Shown one piece after another: positions 29,384 to 38,168 of a DNA stretch of 64,000 bases. Source of the stretch: Escherichia phage vB_Eco_F27. Where the stretch lies: sequence record OP870146.1. The stretch is one strand, 5' to 3'. Under the pieces are notes generated by a model. It was not told the origin of the DNA, searched no databases, and saw only the letters and a list, made by a program, of their open reading frames with translations. Positions within the stretch are counted from its first letter, which is position 1. Each line of letters begins with the position of its first letter. A program made the position numbers and the translations under genes.

Positions 29384-29922
29384 TCTTTTATTTCCAGTAG
29401 TTTATTTGATTTAAGGTAATTAGCCTTTTCTAGGACTTCAGAAGCATATTTACTTCCAGCACTTGTCTTCCATCCCGCATTATATGAGGATATAGCTTTT
29501 CTTATATCCCCGTTATGTATATTTAACCAATAAGAAAATTCGATATAAGCCCATCTGGTTGAATTAGACCGCTTAGATAGCATTTTCTTAATTTGGGCAT
29601 CAGTCATATTATAACCAAGCTGGTTAATTCTTGCCCTCATTGTTGGTAGATAATTTTGGAACATTCCATACGCATGGTGACCTTTCTTATCTTTAAGATT
29701 AATACCGGCAGATGATTCCTGCCATAGTATTGCGGCCATTATGTATCCAAGTCCTTTCTTATGCATATTTTCATGCGTTTTAAATTTTCCATCCTTAGAA
29801 AACTGTTCCCCAAACTGATAAGCATAATTCAAGTTATCGAGTTGGACATTACTAAAAGTATGCTCGGAGCTATGTGCTGATAACGAAAGAGCAAATAGAC
29901 CAGCGAGTAGTGCTTTTCTCAT
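29380..29922 (-). CDS. secreted lytic-transglycosylase-like protein (vs.1 position)
   Basis: 180 aa, signal peptide, ES...GMFQ...Y motif consistent with SLT-domain catalysis (E in WQESSAG). Confidence 0.5.
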   Translation of the reverse strand: MRKALLAGLFALSLSAHSSEHTFSNVQLDNLNYAYQFGEQFSKDGKFKTHENMHKKGLGYIMAAILWQESSAGINLKDKKGHHAYGMFQNYLPTMRARINQLGYNMTDAQIKKMLSKRSNSTRWAYIEFSYWLNIHNGDIRKAISSYNAGWKTSAGSKYASEVLEKANYLKSNKLLEIKE

Positions 29923-29930
29923 GTTTACCT

Positions 29931-30389
29931 CTAGATTTTAATCACTGCTTTAGAAGCTTTTCCTGGTAGTCGTTTACTGTTAATAATAGCCATTCTGCAT
30001 TGAAGAGTCTTCATTTTGAATGCTGGATTTTCGCGACAAACTGTAAGTCCTAACCAAAGATTTCCGTCAGTTATTTCTAAACGGCCTGGACGATACTCGA
30101 CACCTTCGACAAAATCTTCATCAACATCTGGACGGGCCGGCATTGATAAAAATTCTGCAACTTCTTTAACATGATTTTTTACTTTATGAAATAATTCAAA
30201 AACGTAATTCTCATCTATTTCTCTCTGGATGGCACGATCTAAGAGATGTTGAGAATACTTGATATGAAAGCCTGGTAGTCCAAGAGACTTTGCAGCATCT
30301 TTTATACTGGCATTTATTTTGCGGAACTCCGTTTCAAAGATTCGACGGAGTTTATTACGGCGGATAAAAACGTCTGAATTGATAGTCAT
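29931..30389 (-). CDS. regB: RegB site-specific endoribonuclease
   Basis: 152 aa, MTINSDVFIRRNKLRR...YSQHLLDRAIQREIDE...CRMAIINSKRLPGKASKAVIKI. Near-identical to T4 RegB. Confidence 0.9.
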   Translation of the reverse strand: MTINSDVFIRRNKLRRIFETEFRKINASIKDAAKSLGLPGFHIKYSQHLLDRAIQREIDENYVFELFHKVKNHVKEVAEFLSMPARPDVDEDFVEGVEYRPGRLEITDGNLWLGLTVCRENPAFKMKTLQCRMAIINSKRLPGKASKAVIKI

Positions 30390-30417
30390 TTTGATTTCTC
30401 CTCTAGTTGACAGGTCT

Positions 30418-30446
30418 ATAGTAACACAACTAGAGGAGAAGTAAAC
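30418..30446 (-). promoter_or_regulatory. T4-type early promoter GTTTAC-17-TACTAT upstream of regB
   Basis: The -10 is embedded between the 9-bp inverted repeats ctctagttg/caactagag. Confidence 0.5.
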
Positions 30447-30449
30447 TGC

Positions 30450-30701
30450 TTATTCTTGGAATGGTGTGAGTTTTCCAGCTATCGAACAAATTTCTACCAT
30501 TGCAGGATAAAACTCTTTCACTTGTTCAAGGCGCTGGACAGCGTACCGCATTTCGCCTTCTTCAAGACAAGCCACCTGGTCATCGAGCAAATATTTGTGG
30601 TAACCAGTACAGGCTTCACTAATGATACGTTGGAATTCTTGCAAACTTTCAATTTTCACTAGTATTTTTCCTCGGGTCGAAATACTGCACGACATGCCCA
30701 C
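30450..30701 (-). CDS. hypothetical
   Basis: 83 aa ORF. Confidence 0.4.
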   Translation of the reverse strand: MGMSCSISTRGKILVKIESLQEFQRIISEACTGYHKYLLDDQVACLEEGEMRYAVQRLEQVKEFYPAMVEICSIAGKLTPFQE

Positions 30702-30925
30702 ATGCTGGCTTCTTTTAGATGTTGCTTAGCATACTTAAGAGCCTGTACTGCATCCATATCTTCTTTGGTTTGTTGCTCTGTTTCATTTTCTTTCAAGATA
30801 TATGCTTCTTCAATCAGAGCATCAAACAACAATCCAAGACGGACTTCTGCATCTTTAATAGCGTTCACTTTACCGATTTTATCGTCGGTATGTGGCTTGT
30901 AGCCTTTAATATCTTCAATCGACAT
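30659..30925 (-). CDS. hypothetical
   Basis: The 144-aa ORF is trimmed to MSIEDIKGYKPHTDDKIG... (ATG 30925, GAGGAAA SD). This ATG overlaps the stop of the upstream 74-aa gene (tATGtcgatTGA). Confidence 0.4.
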   Translation of the reverse strand: MSIEDIKGYKPHTDDKIGKVNAIKDAEVRLGLLFDALIEEAYILKENETEQQTKEDMDAVQALKYAKQHLKEASMWACRAVFRPEEKY

Positions 30926-31139
30926 AAGGAATTTCCTCATCGGTGGCAAGGTCATATTCGACCAATTGGATAGGCTCATTAATACCATATCCACGTACAG
31001 TGATATCAGTTGCCGGATAGTTTCCAGTAATATCACCCATTCTAAATGCTTCAGTGAATGATTGCTCGCCTGAGCAACTAAACCAGGCGGCAAAACATTT
31101 TAAAACATCTTCAGACCCTTCTATAATCAATTTAGCCAT
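30915..31139 (-). CDS. hypothetical acidic protein
   Basis: 74 aa ORF. Confidence 0.4.
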   Translation of the reverse strand: MAKLIIEGSEDVLKCFAAWFSCSGEQSFTEAFRMGDITGNYPATDITVRGYGINEPIQLVEYDLATDEEIPYVD

Positions 31140-31501
31140 TATAGACTCTCAGTAAAGGTACGAGCGATAACGTCGCGCTGCTGTTCCGGAGTCAGAGAGT
31201 TAAAGCGAACTGCATAACCGGATACACGGATGGTCAGCTGCGGATATTTTTCCGGATGCTTAACTGCATCTTCCAGAGTTTCGCGACGCAGAACGTTAAC
31301 GTTCAGGTGTTGACCACCTTCAATTTTAACTTTAGGTTGATGTTCAATTTCAATTTCACGGGCATGCAAACCGTAGAAAATTTCCGGGTCTACAATAGAG
31401 TCTTCTTTAAAAGTCTTAGAGACGATAATCCGGGCTTGAGTACCGTCTTCAAAATAAATAGTGCCTTTATGTGTACCTTCAAGAATTTGATATGCTTTCA
31501 T
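31139..31501 (-). CDS. grcA: autonomous glycyl-radical cofactor GrcA/YfiD-like protein
   Basis: 120 aa. The C-terminal ~60 aa, [61 protein letters not shown], is a glycyl-radical motif (RVSGYAV) and, as I recall it, essentially identical to E. coli GrcA. Confidence 0.85.
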   Translation of the reverse strand: MKAYQILEGTHKGTIYFEDGTQARIIVSKTFKEDSIVDPEIFYGLHAREIEIEHQPKVKIEGGQHLNVNVLRRETLEDAVKHPEKYPQLTIRVSGYAVRFNSLTPEQQRDVIARTFTESL

Positions 31502-31507
31502 ATAACC

Positions 31508-31816
31508 TCAATTAGAAAATAAATTTATCCAAGATTTTTCTTTAATCAAAAATGGGTCGGAATTAAACGCCATTAAACTTTGAGTGATTAATCCCTTAAA
31601 TGGCCCATCAATAAATTCCATTTTGAAATGTGGAATACTAGTCATCAACCGTGCATTAGGAGCAGTACAAAGAACATGCTGCCCTGCGAACGGACCTTTA
31701 GTTAAACGATATCGTTTAGGTTTAAAATGGTAAATCTCGTAATTTTCTACAAGAGCCCTTTTATTGCATACTGGGCTGTTATAACAATACTCAAAAACTT
31801 CAATAGTGGTCATCAT
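31508..31816 (-). CDS. hypothetical
   Basis: 102 aa ORF. Confidence 0.4.
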   Translation of the reverse strand: MMTTIEVFEYCYNSPVCNKRALVENYEIYHFKPKRYRLTKGPFAGQHVLCTAPNARLMTSIPHFKMEFIDGPFKGLITQSLMAFNSDPFLIKEKSWINLFSN

Positions 31817-32352
31817 TGCATTCCAATCACAAAAAATTGAGGACGAGCATTACCGCCGATGCAATATTTGCTTTTGCAGCAGTGCTGTACTGTTTTAATG
31901 TGGACATTGTAAATCTTATCCATATCAGGAGCTTTAATAGGCTCGTCAATTATATACAGAATACGAGAAAGCGTTAATCCACGGAATTTAGAACCTTCAT
32001 TGCCAATAAAACTACGAACAGAATCAGTAAATAAACGGAATCGAATATCATCGCTAGAATAACGAGAAAATTCTTTTTTAATGTTGCCAGCAGAAATTTT
32101 AGCATAAGCTGAAGTATTAGAAAGAACAATAACTGTTCCACCATCATATAGCCAATTAACAGCAAAATTAGTTACTGCGGACGATTTACCTGATTGTCTG
32201 CCGCCGTCTAAACGAAGTGTACAGTACTGCTTGAGTACGTCTTCAAATGGTGGGGCATAACCGTTCTTACAAATTTCTTCTACTCTAGCATCAGAATGGT
32301 GTGTAAAAGCATTCATCAGGGATAGATAAGGTCCAGTTAAAAATGTTCTCAT
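31813..32352 (-). CDS. P-loop protein of unknown function
   Basis: 179 aa with GGRQSGKSSAV. Confidence 0.45.
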   Translation of the reverse strand: MRTFLTGPYLSLMNAFTHHSDARVEEICKNGYAPPFEDVLKQYCTLRLDGGRQSGKSSAVTNFAVNWLYDGGTVIVLSNTSAYAKISAGNIKKEFSRYSSDDIRFRLFTDSVRSFIGNEGSKFRGLTLSRILYIIDEPIKAPDMDKIYNVHIKTVQHCCKSKYCIGGNARPQFFVIGMQ

Positions 32353-32462
32353 TTAGTTTCTCTTTTAGGTTGGGCCATTCCGTGGCGCATGAATTGTCCA
32401 TTTCTGTATTTACCCCTCCAAGTAATTATGAATATACTATCACAATTCTAGGAGATGTAAAC

Positions 32463-32861
32463 TTATTTGTAGGTTTTCATCCAATTCTTGAACAAAGCCG
32501 CGACGTCTTTCTCTTTAACGTTCAGTTTAATGTCCAACATTTTACCGCCCGCTGCTCTCGTTTGACGAATCTTAGCAGTACCGGTTTCACCATTCCACTC
32601 AACATAATATTGCCCAGTGTTCATAGCGATACCGTTGCCAAAGTCTTCGTTATTAGAAGTAGTGAATGCCAACTTCATGGTCTTAGAGACACGGGCCGGC
32701 ATGCCTGTCTGAAGGGCATTACGAACGCGAATAACCTGAGGAGTGGCCTGGGTCAGGTTCTCATTCAGTTCTTCGGTGAACTCTTCAGATTCAAACATCG
32801 CCAAAAGTTCTTTAGATGCAGGAATTACATTCTCTGCGATAAATTCTTTATATGTTTTCAT
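32463..32861 (-). CDS. capsid internal protein (CTS-bearing, IPIII/IPII-like)
   Basis: N-terminus MKTYKEFIAE, a T4 capsid-targeting sequence. 132 aa. Confidence 0.6.
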   Translation of the reverse strand: MKTYKEFIAENVIPASKELLAMFESEEFTEELNENLTQATPQVIRVRNALQTGMPARVSKTMKLAFTTSNNEDFGNGIAMNTGQYYVEWNGETGTAKIRQTRAAGGKMLDIKLNVKEKDVAALFKNWMKTYK

Positions 32862-32925
32862 TTTTTGTTTCCTTGTTTGTTTTGATAGAGTAATTATACC
32901 ATATTAATACTTAAGCGTAAACCGT

Positions 32926-33186
32926 TTAAGCTTTACCGCCAGAAATAATTCCGAAGTTGTTAAAATCGTATCCAATATCGTCAACATCTACTTTAGGACT
33001 TACTACAACATAAGCAATTTCACTACGTTTTGCATAGGTGTTTATTTCTTTACCATCACCACCTAAGAAAGAATACCCATTACGTTTTAATGAGCCAAAG
33101 TCTTCCGCATCACCAATGAAAGCTTTAACTTTAAATTTAGGACCTTTGGCATCTGCTTCAACGATAAATTCTTGATACATTTTCAT
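32926..33186 (-). CDS. capsid internal protein (CTS-bearing)
   Basis: N-terminus MKMYQEFIVEA. 86 aa. Confidence 0.55.
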   Translation of the reverse strand: MKMYQEFIVEADAKGPKFKVKAFIGDAEDFGSLKRNGYSFLGGDGKEINTYAKRSEIAYVVVSPKVDVDDIGYDFNNFGIISGGKA

Positions 33187-33192
33187 TTTTCC

Positions 33193-33296
33193 TTAGTAAA
33201 TTGATTTACCATAGTATTTGTACCAAGTCGGACGTTGAGCAATTTTTTCATCTAAGCGTGCTTGATTTATCGCAATGGACGCTTCGGACGGGTCAT
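33193..33296 (-). pseudogene. denV: denV (endonuclease V, pyrimidine-dimer glycosylase) remnant
   Basis: An intact promoter element, GGAGG SD and ATG ACC CGT (MTR, the T4 DenV start) are followed by a stop after 9 codons. A different frame encodes ..[34 protein letters not shown], matching the T4 DenV C-terminus. The track's 65-aa ORF 33193..33390 is an artifact that runs through the promoter. Confidence 0.55.
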
Positions 33297-33355
33297 AATT
33301 TCCTCCAAGTAGTTGATGAATGTATAGTATCAAAACCCTTGGAGGAAGTAAACAA

Positions 33356-33637
33356 CTATTTTTCTGAAGCGCCTGAAATATATTTTTCAAGACGTTGTTT
33401 CATTAAAGAGCCGTTCTTAGCGATTTCTTCCGGTTTATCGCACATACGCAACAAGGCTTCGAGCTTAACGATATCGCTGGTACGTTCAAATTTGCGAGTA
33501 TCTATCTTACTAGCAAGTTCAGAAATACGTGCTAATAGACTTTCGGCTTCAACCAAAGCTGCACCTAGCTTAGTTGCAAATGTGTCAGTAGCTTCGTTAA
33601 GAATAGATTCTGATAAAAATTCACTATATGTTTTCAT
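33356..33637 (-). CDS. capsid internal protein (CTS-bearing)
   Basis: Trimmed to [15 protein letters not shown]... (ATG ~33637). Confidence 0.5.
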   Translation of the reverse strand: MKTYSEFLSESILNEATDTFATKLGAALVEAESLLARISELASKIDTRKFERTSDIVKLEALLRMCDKPEEIAKNGSLMKQRLEKYISGASEK

Positions 33638-34122
33638 ATATACGCTTTCCAAGTTCCTGTTTTAAATGTTGAGATTACGCGTTTCGCGCGATTAGGTGTC
33701 TGACGATACCATTTAGATTGGGCTAGATTTACTGCCGCTTCGTCCCAACGTTTCTGTTGAAGCATACGAAGAGAATTAGTAAAACCGGCAACGCCTGCTA
33801 CGCCCATTTGGAAGACCATATTGACCAATGCACATCGACGAACAGCATCTAAAGAATCATATACCGGTTTAAGTTTAGCATTACCCAAGATTCCGCGAAC
33901 GGCTTTATCAACGTCTTCATTAAATAGCTTTTCAGCCTCATCAAGGGTAATTGTACCGTTGCATTTACGACCGATCATTCTGTCAAGTTCAGCTTTAGCT
34001 ACGGCTAAAGAAGGGTTCTTTGTTACTAAATGGCCTATGCCAATCGTCCAAAAGCCTTCAGTGTCTTTGTATAAAGTCAGTCTAAGACCTTCGTCATTAC
34101 GAAGCATTTCAAATATATTCAT
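33634..34122 (-). CDS. e: endolysin (T4 lysozyme, gene e)
   Basis: Trimmed to [32 protein letters not shown]... (ATG 34122, GGAGG SD), 162 aa. Near-identical to T4 lysozyme. Confidence 0.95.
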   Translation of the reverse strand: MNIFEMLRNDEGLRLTLYKDTEGFWTIGIGHLVTKNPSLAVAKAELDRMIGRKCNGTITLDEAEKLFNEDVDKAVRGILGNAKLKPVYDSLDAVRRCALVNMVFQMGVAGVAGFTNSLRMLQQKRWDEAAVNLAQSKWYRQTPNRAKRVISTFKTGTWKAYI

Positions 34123-34156
34123 AATACCTCCCACGTTTATAGGAGGTATTTATTAC

Positions 34157-34615
34157 TTATAGGAGGGTAGTGAGCACCTTATATAATGATTTGCCCATTA
34201 CATATTCCCATTGAGAAGGTTTAATTAAAGCGAATGCATCAAATTCAGGAATCTGACGTCCGTCTGGGAATGTATGATAGGAATTACAAACACTGTTTCT
34301 GAATTGCTCGTGCTCTACAGGGATGGTATATAGGAACAGATGAATATTCTTATTGTCTGAGTAATGATGTTCACCTAGGTCTTTCAGGAAGGCAGGGTCA
34401 TATTGTGTAAACCCAGTTTCTTCTTCGCATTCACGAATAGCGGCTTCAATAGGAGATTCGCCAGGTTCGACACGGCCTTTAGGAATATCCCACCGATGAG
34501 CTAATGCACCTTTAGGACGAGAACCAGTTACACGGCCCATGAATAATTCTTTATCTTTTGTCATGAAGATAATACCAGCGGACAACTCTTTCACTTTATT
34601 TTTCTTACTCATCAT
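34157..34615 (-). CDS. nudE: Nudix hydrolase NudE
   Basis: 152 aa, Nudix box GRVEPGESPIEAAIRECEEETG. Confidence 0.8.
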   Translation of the reverse strand: MMSKKNKVKELSAGIIFMTKDKELFMGRVTGSRPKGALAHRWDIPKGRVEPGESPIEAAIRECEEETGFTQYDPAFLKDLGEHHYSDNKNIHLFLYTIPVEHEQFRNSVCNSYHTFPDGRQIPEFDAFALIKPSQWEYVMGKSLYKVLTTLL

Positions 34616-34856
34616 CTCGGTCCCATGATTTGGCCATTAATTCGGACATAAATTCTTCAATGCGCGTTTCTTTAGATGGACTTTCACTATTAGAGACCGC
34701 AAGTTTGTAATCTGCAATAGGACAGAACATATCAAGGTCCATATTAAGGTCGTCTTTGATTTTTTCTTCTGACACATCTTTATCGTATGTGTACAGATAA
34801 CTATCACATGATTCTGATTTAATGTAAATTGCTATACTCATCTCAAATTCCTGCAT
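34605..34856 (-). CDS. hypothetical acidic protein
   Basis: 83 aa ORF. Confidence 0.4.
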   Translation of the reverse strand: MQEFEMSIAIYIKSESCDSYLYTYDKDVSEEKIKDDLNMDLDMFCPIADYKLAVSNSESPSKETRIEEFMSELMAKSWDRDDE

Positions 34857-35335
34857 TCGGTAATAAAACGTTCAACTTCATTATTCTTGGCCTTTATCTT
34901 GTCTTTACGTTCCTGTAAACTACTTTTAACAAGATTAATAATGATGCCTACAGTACCTCCACCAATAATACCACCAATAATACTTACAATAGTAGATGCT
35001 AATAAGATAGCGATAATATCTAGTACAGCAAAGGCACTTACTTTAGTACTAAAAAACCATACCGACGGTACAAATATAATCCATCCTGTTATCCATTGGC
35101 ACTTATTGAAAAACTTTTCAAGCTCAGCTTGAGTTGTTCGTATTACTTCATCGATAGGTTGATATCCATTAATGTATCTGTTCACAATAATACCTGCTGG
35201 CTGGTCGATTTTAAATTCTTGGCAAATATGTTTCACTAAGTAGGATGGACATCCTGTCCAATCTACCGAATAATACGAAATACCTTCGTTGCCATCGTCT
35301 ATATTAGACCAATATGTTTTGTTAATCATTACCAA
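34838..35335 (-). CDS. membrane protein
   Basis: 165 aa with TM helices (WIIFVPSVWFF..., VLDIIAILLASTIVSIIGGIIGGGTVGIIINLV). Confidence 0.45.
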   Translation of the reverse strand: MVMINKTYWSNIDDGNEGISYYSVDWTGCPSYLVKHICQEFKIDQPAGIIVNRYINGYQPIDEVIRTTQAELEKFFNKCQWITGWIIFVPSVWFFSTKVSAFAVLDIIAILLASTIVSIIGGIIGGGTVGIIINLVKSSLQERKDKIKAKNNEVERFITECRNLR

Positions 35336-36015
35336 CCTTCCATAGGGAATTCCAGATAAACTTGGGCATTGACACGAATTTCATTGGTAATCTTTTTAAC
35401 TCGGTCTGTATTACGAGATACACGTCCGAACCAACGCCATCCATTACTAATTGCACGAGAACCAGTGTGCCATGTTTGCCAATCAAACTGAAGAAGAGTA
35501 CGATCTGGAGCTTCCCATTTCTCTAGTTCACCTTTTTCAATTTTTTCGAGGACTTCTTTGTGCCACTGGCGATAGATAAGTTCGCCATCAGGAATCTGAC
35601 TGAACTCTGCAGTTCCTGTTGCAAAATGAGTAGGACACACATCAGCGTTAACAAGACCAAGAATATGTTCAGACAAATAGCGAGGATTGTCATAATCAGG
35701 TTGTCCTGCAGTAATAAAATGTTGTCCTGTTGGAATATCTGGGCGTGGTACGTCATCATGGTGATATCCAGGAATAGCAGGGTACCAACCAGGCATCAAC
35801 ATGTGGACTCGTGAATCAAATACTACATCCGAGTCTTTCCAATCGTCAGGGAGATTTTGAATAAAGCTACGAGTAATTGGGCCGCCATTATCAAAAGCAA
35901 AATTCAAATCGCAGTTAAAGAACATAGGCTCGTTTTTAATCTGGTCGTTTTTAATCGCATGAGCAAAACCACCTACTGCACGAGCTTGACTATTAAACAC
36001 TTTAGAACTATTCAT
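35329..36015 (-). CDS. hypothetical 228-aa protein
   Basis: Trp/His-rich, no motif recognised. Confidence 0.45.
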   Translation of the reverse strand: MNSSKVFNSQARAVGGFAHAIKNDQIKNEPMFFNCDLNFAFDNGGPITRSFIQNLPDDWKDSDVVFDSRVHMLMPGWYPAIPGYHHDDVPRPDIPTGQHFITAGQPDYDNPRYLSEHILGLVNADVCPTHFATGTAEFSQIPDGELIYRQWHKEVLEKIEKGELEKWEAPDRTLLQFDWQTWHTGSRAISNGWRWFGRVSRNTDRVKKITNEIRVNAQVYLEFPMEGW

Positions 36016-36016
36016 A

Positions 36017-36322
36017 TTATTTTCCTCGACATTCTTTAATGAAATTTTCTAGATTGGTAGATTCAATAGCTTTTTTACGAGCTTCAACATGTTCTTCTTC
36101 AGACAATTTACATTTATAATTGACCCAGACATTATGGTCGAAACTAGTCGTGGCATATAATAACAAAGCTCCGACGAATAATAAAAACGGTGATAAGAAT
36201 ATACAACCAGGCACACCATCCATACTGTAAGCCTTTTGTAATACTGCAACAGAAAGAGTTGCGTAAAAAAGTGATGCAAATATTGTTAAAAGACCAATTC
36301 GGTTGGTTTCGCCTAATTTCAT
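36017..36322 (-). CDS. small membrane protein
   Basis: 101 aa, two TM segments. Confidence 0.45.
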   Translation of the reverse strand: MKLGETNRIGLLTIFASLFYATLSVAVLQKAYSMDGVPGCIFLSPFLLFVGALLLYATTSFDHNVWVNYKCKLSEEEHVEARKKAIESTNLENFIKECRGK

Positions 36323-36351
36323 AATATTCTCCTCATGTTTTAATAGGACTA

Positions 36352-36382
36352 CTATAACATAGTCCTATAATTGTGTAAACAG
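36352..36382 (-). promoter_or_regulatory. T4-type early promoter GTTTAC-18-TATAGT
   Basis: Minus strand TGTTTACAcaattATAGGACTAtgtTATAGTAGTCCTAT. The -10 lies inside a perfect 9-bp inverted repeat. Confidence 0.55.
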
Positions 36383-36392
36383 TTTTGCGAAA

Positions 36393-37349
36393 TTATTTGA
36401 AAGGTTTTACCATATGGAAATTTTGTTTGAAACGTTTGACGTAATCGTCATGTCCTAAGCTTTGGTACATACTTACTACTTTGCTGTAGTTTTCCCAGGC
36501 GTATTCACGGAACCAACCGGAGGTGATGCTTGTGCAGACTTTTTCTAATGCCATCATGAAACTGGCTTCAGGGTTAATTTTAAAGTCATTAGGAATCTGA
36601 GAACGTTCTAATGCTAGTACACATGATTCTTCATATACACCGGCCAATTTGACCATTTCTGGTAACGATTCGAACTTCTCGCGTGAGGTCATGACTTCAG
36701 AACCGTCTTTCATATAAAATGTATAAGCCGGACGGTCTGTTAGTGCAATGGCTTCATGAATAGTATCATGGTCATATGTATAGATGTCATCTTTAAAGAA
36801 CGCACTTTTAGAAGTGTCAAGAACCGGGTGAGCATAGTTCAAGGTTTCTTTCTGGCGTTTCAGCATAATTTCAGTAAGTTCATCGTTCAGTGTAACACCT
36901 TTACCACGAAGATACTGAATATGGTTCATAGTCTTTAAAAAGAATGGATTATTTTTCTTGAAACGATGAGACATCTTAATTGCAAGACATATCTCAGGAG
37001 TTGCCCAGTAAAACCCGTTCAAACGGTCTTTAGTCAAATTTTTCTTGGCGTATTTTAAAAGGTCATAAGAAGACGTGAAATCTTCAGGAGTGAGTTCACC
37101 GACTAATTCACGGACATTAGTGATTGCCGGAACAATATATGCTTCAAAATGAGTTTCGCGTCCATTATGGAAGCATTTGAAAACTTGGACATCAGGGTTA
37201 TCTTGGTGAACATATACACCCATCATTTGATTTTTGAATGCATTCCAAGAACCTTGGTCCGCAATAAAGTCCCAATCGCTATTTTTGATAGCGCTAGAAT
37301 CAATAAGACCATGATAGTGAAGTGCACGAGAACCAATAACTAACATCAT
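36393..37349 (-). CDS. hypothetical 318-aa protein
   Basis: No motif recognised. Confidence 0.45.
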   Translation of the reverse strand: MMLVIGSRALHYHGLIDSSAIKNSDWDFIADQGSWNAFKNQMMGVYVHQDNPDVQVFKCFHNGRETHFEAYIVPAITNVRELVGELTPEDFTSSYDLLKYAKKNLTKDRLNGFYWATPEICLAIKMSHRFKKNNPFFLKTMNHIQYLRGKGVTLNDELTEIMLKRQKETLNYAHPVLDTSKSAFFKDDIYTYDHDTIHEAIALTDRPAYTFYMKDGSEVMTSREKFESLPEMVKLAGVYEESCVLALERSQIPNDFKINPEASFMMALEKVCTSITSGWFREYAWENYSKVVSMYQSLGHDDYVKRFKQNFHMVKPFK

Positions 37350-37377
37350 AATATTTTCCTCGGATTAATTCATTAAC

Positions 37378-37629
37378 TTAAATTTCACGACATGCGATAT
37401 TATATTCGTCCCAGAGGTCATCGTGTGAAGCCTCTACCAATGGAACGATTGTACCGTTTATGTCTTCATTATAAGGGCAAATTGTACAGTGCGCATCTTC
37501 GAATCGGATGCCTTTGTGTTCAGATTTTTTATAACGCATATCGAATATCTTTGCAAACTTTTCACGAGTAATGGTTTTAGCAACCACTTTGGTTCCGATA
37601 CTTTCGTAATAAATCATTGTGGACTCCAT
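37378..37629 (-). CDS. Cys-containing small protein
   Basis: 83 aa with CTICPYNED...C. Confidence 0.4.
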   Translation of the reverse strand: MESTMIYYESIGTKVVAKTITREKFAKIFDMRYKKSEHKGIRFEDAHCTICPYNEDINGTIVPLVEASHDDLWDEYNIACREI

Positions 37630-37645
37630 TTAATTTGATAGGACT

Positions 37646-37675
37646 ACTATAACATAGCCCTATCTTGTTGTAAAC
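37646..37675 (-). promoter_or_regulatory. T4-type early promoter GTTTAC-18-TATAGT
   Basis: Plus text gataggactactataacatagccctatcttgttgtaaac. Confidence 0.5.
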
Positions 37676-37679
37676 TGTT

Positions 37680-37877
37680 TTAGCAAGAATAACTAGATGA
37701 TACCCAGCCTTGAACAGTGATACTATTATGGGATAATGAGATCGCGTCCTGGAGATTCAGACCTGCGTTATCTTCAATCCATAATGTAACTTCTTCGCGT
37801 TCTTCTGTTGCAATTTGGAACAGGTTTTCCAGAGCAGCTACTGCCGTACGTACAGCACAATCTAATTCACGAGACAT
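37680..37877 (-). CDS. paralog 1 of the GxWVxSSxxC-terminus family
   Basis: 65 aa ending ...VQGWVSSSYSC. Confidence 0.5.
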   Translation of the reverse strand: MSRELDCAVRTAVAALENLFQIATEEREEVTLWIEDNAGLNLQDAISLSHNSITVQGWVSSSYSC

Positions 37878-37886
37878 ATTGTTTCC

Positions 37887-38159
37887 TTAGCAAGTGTGAG
37901 AAGATGCGACCCAACCACCAGTTTCGAGGCTCAGGTTGTAGTCGTATTGGTAAACGTCAGCCCATTCAGCATAGCCGTTTTTTGTACAACGTTCAAGATC
38001 GGCTTTAAGATGTCCGGGTGAATGATAGGTTCCACCCATACCATAAGCTGGATACAAGTCGAATGTTGTGTTTTGTTTATCAGCAATTTCTTTGGCAGCC
38101 TCAATAGCTGCATAGATTTTTGCTACAGCTTCAGCCAGTTCGGTTTGTTCTTTAGACAT
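37887..38159 (-). CDS. paralog 2 of the GxWVxSSxxC-terminus family
   Basis: 90 aa ending ...TGGWVASSHTC. Confidence 0.5.
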   Translation of the reverse strand: MSKEQTELAEAVAKIYAAIEAAKEIADKQNTTFDLYPAYGMGGTYHSPGHLKADLERCTKNGYAEWADVYQYDYNLSLETGGWVASSHTC

Positions 38160-38168
38160 AATGATTCC

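Noticed and set aside
31813-32352. Considered whether the 179-aa P-loop protein could be the missing intact denV.
   Set aside because: It has no glycosylase-like sequence. MTRINL-type N-terminus is absent, and a Walker A motif is present instead.
33193-33390. Track ORF of 65 aa ([12 protein letters not shown]...).
   Set aside because: It begins at a non-ATG start and reads straight through the promoter, SD and ATG of the denV remnant. Only its C-terminal 34 aa are DenV-derived, so it is treated as a pseudogene, not a CDS.
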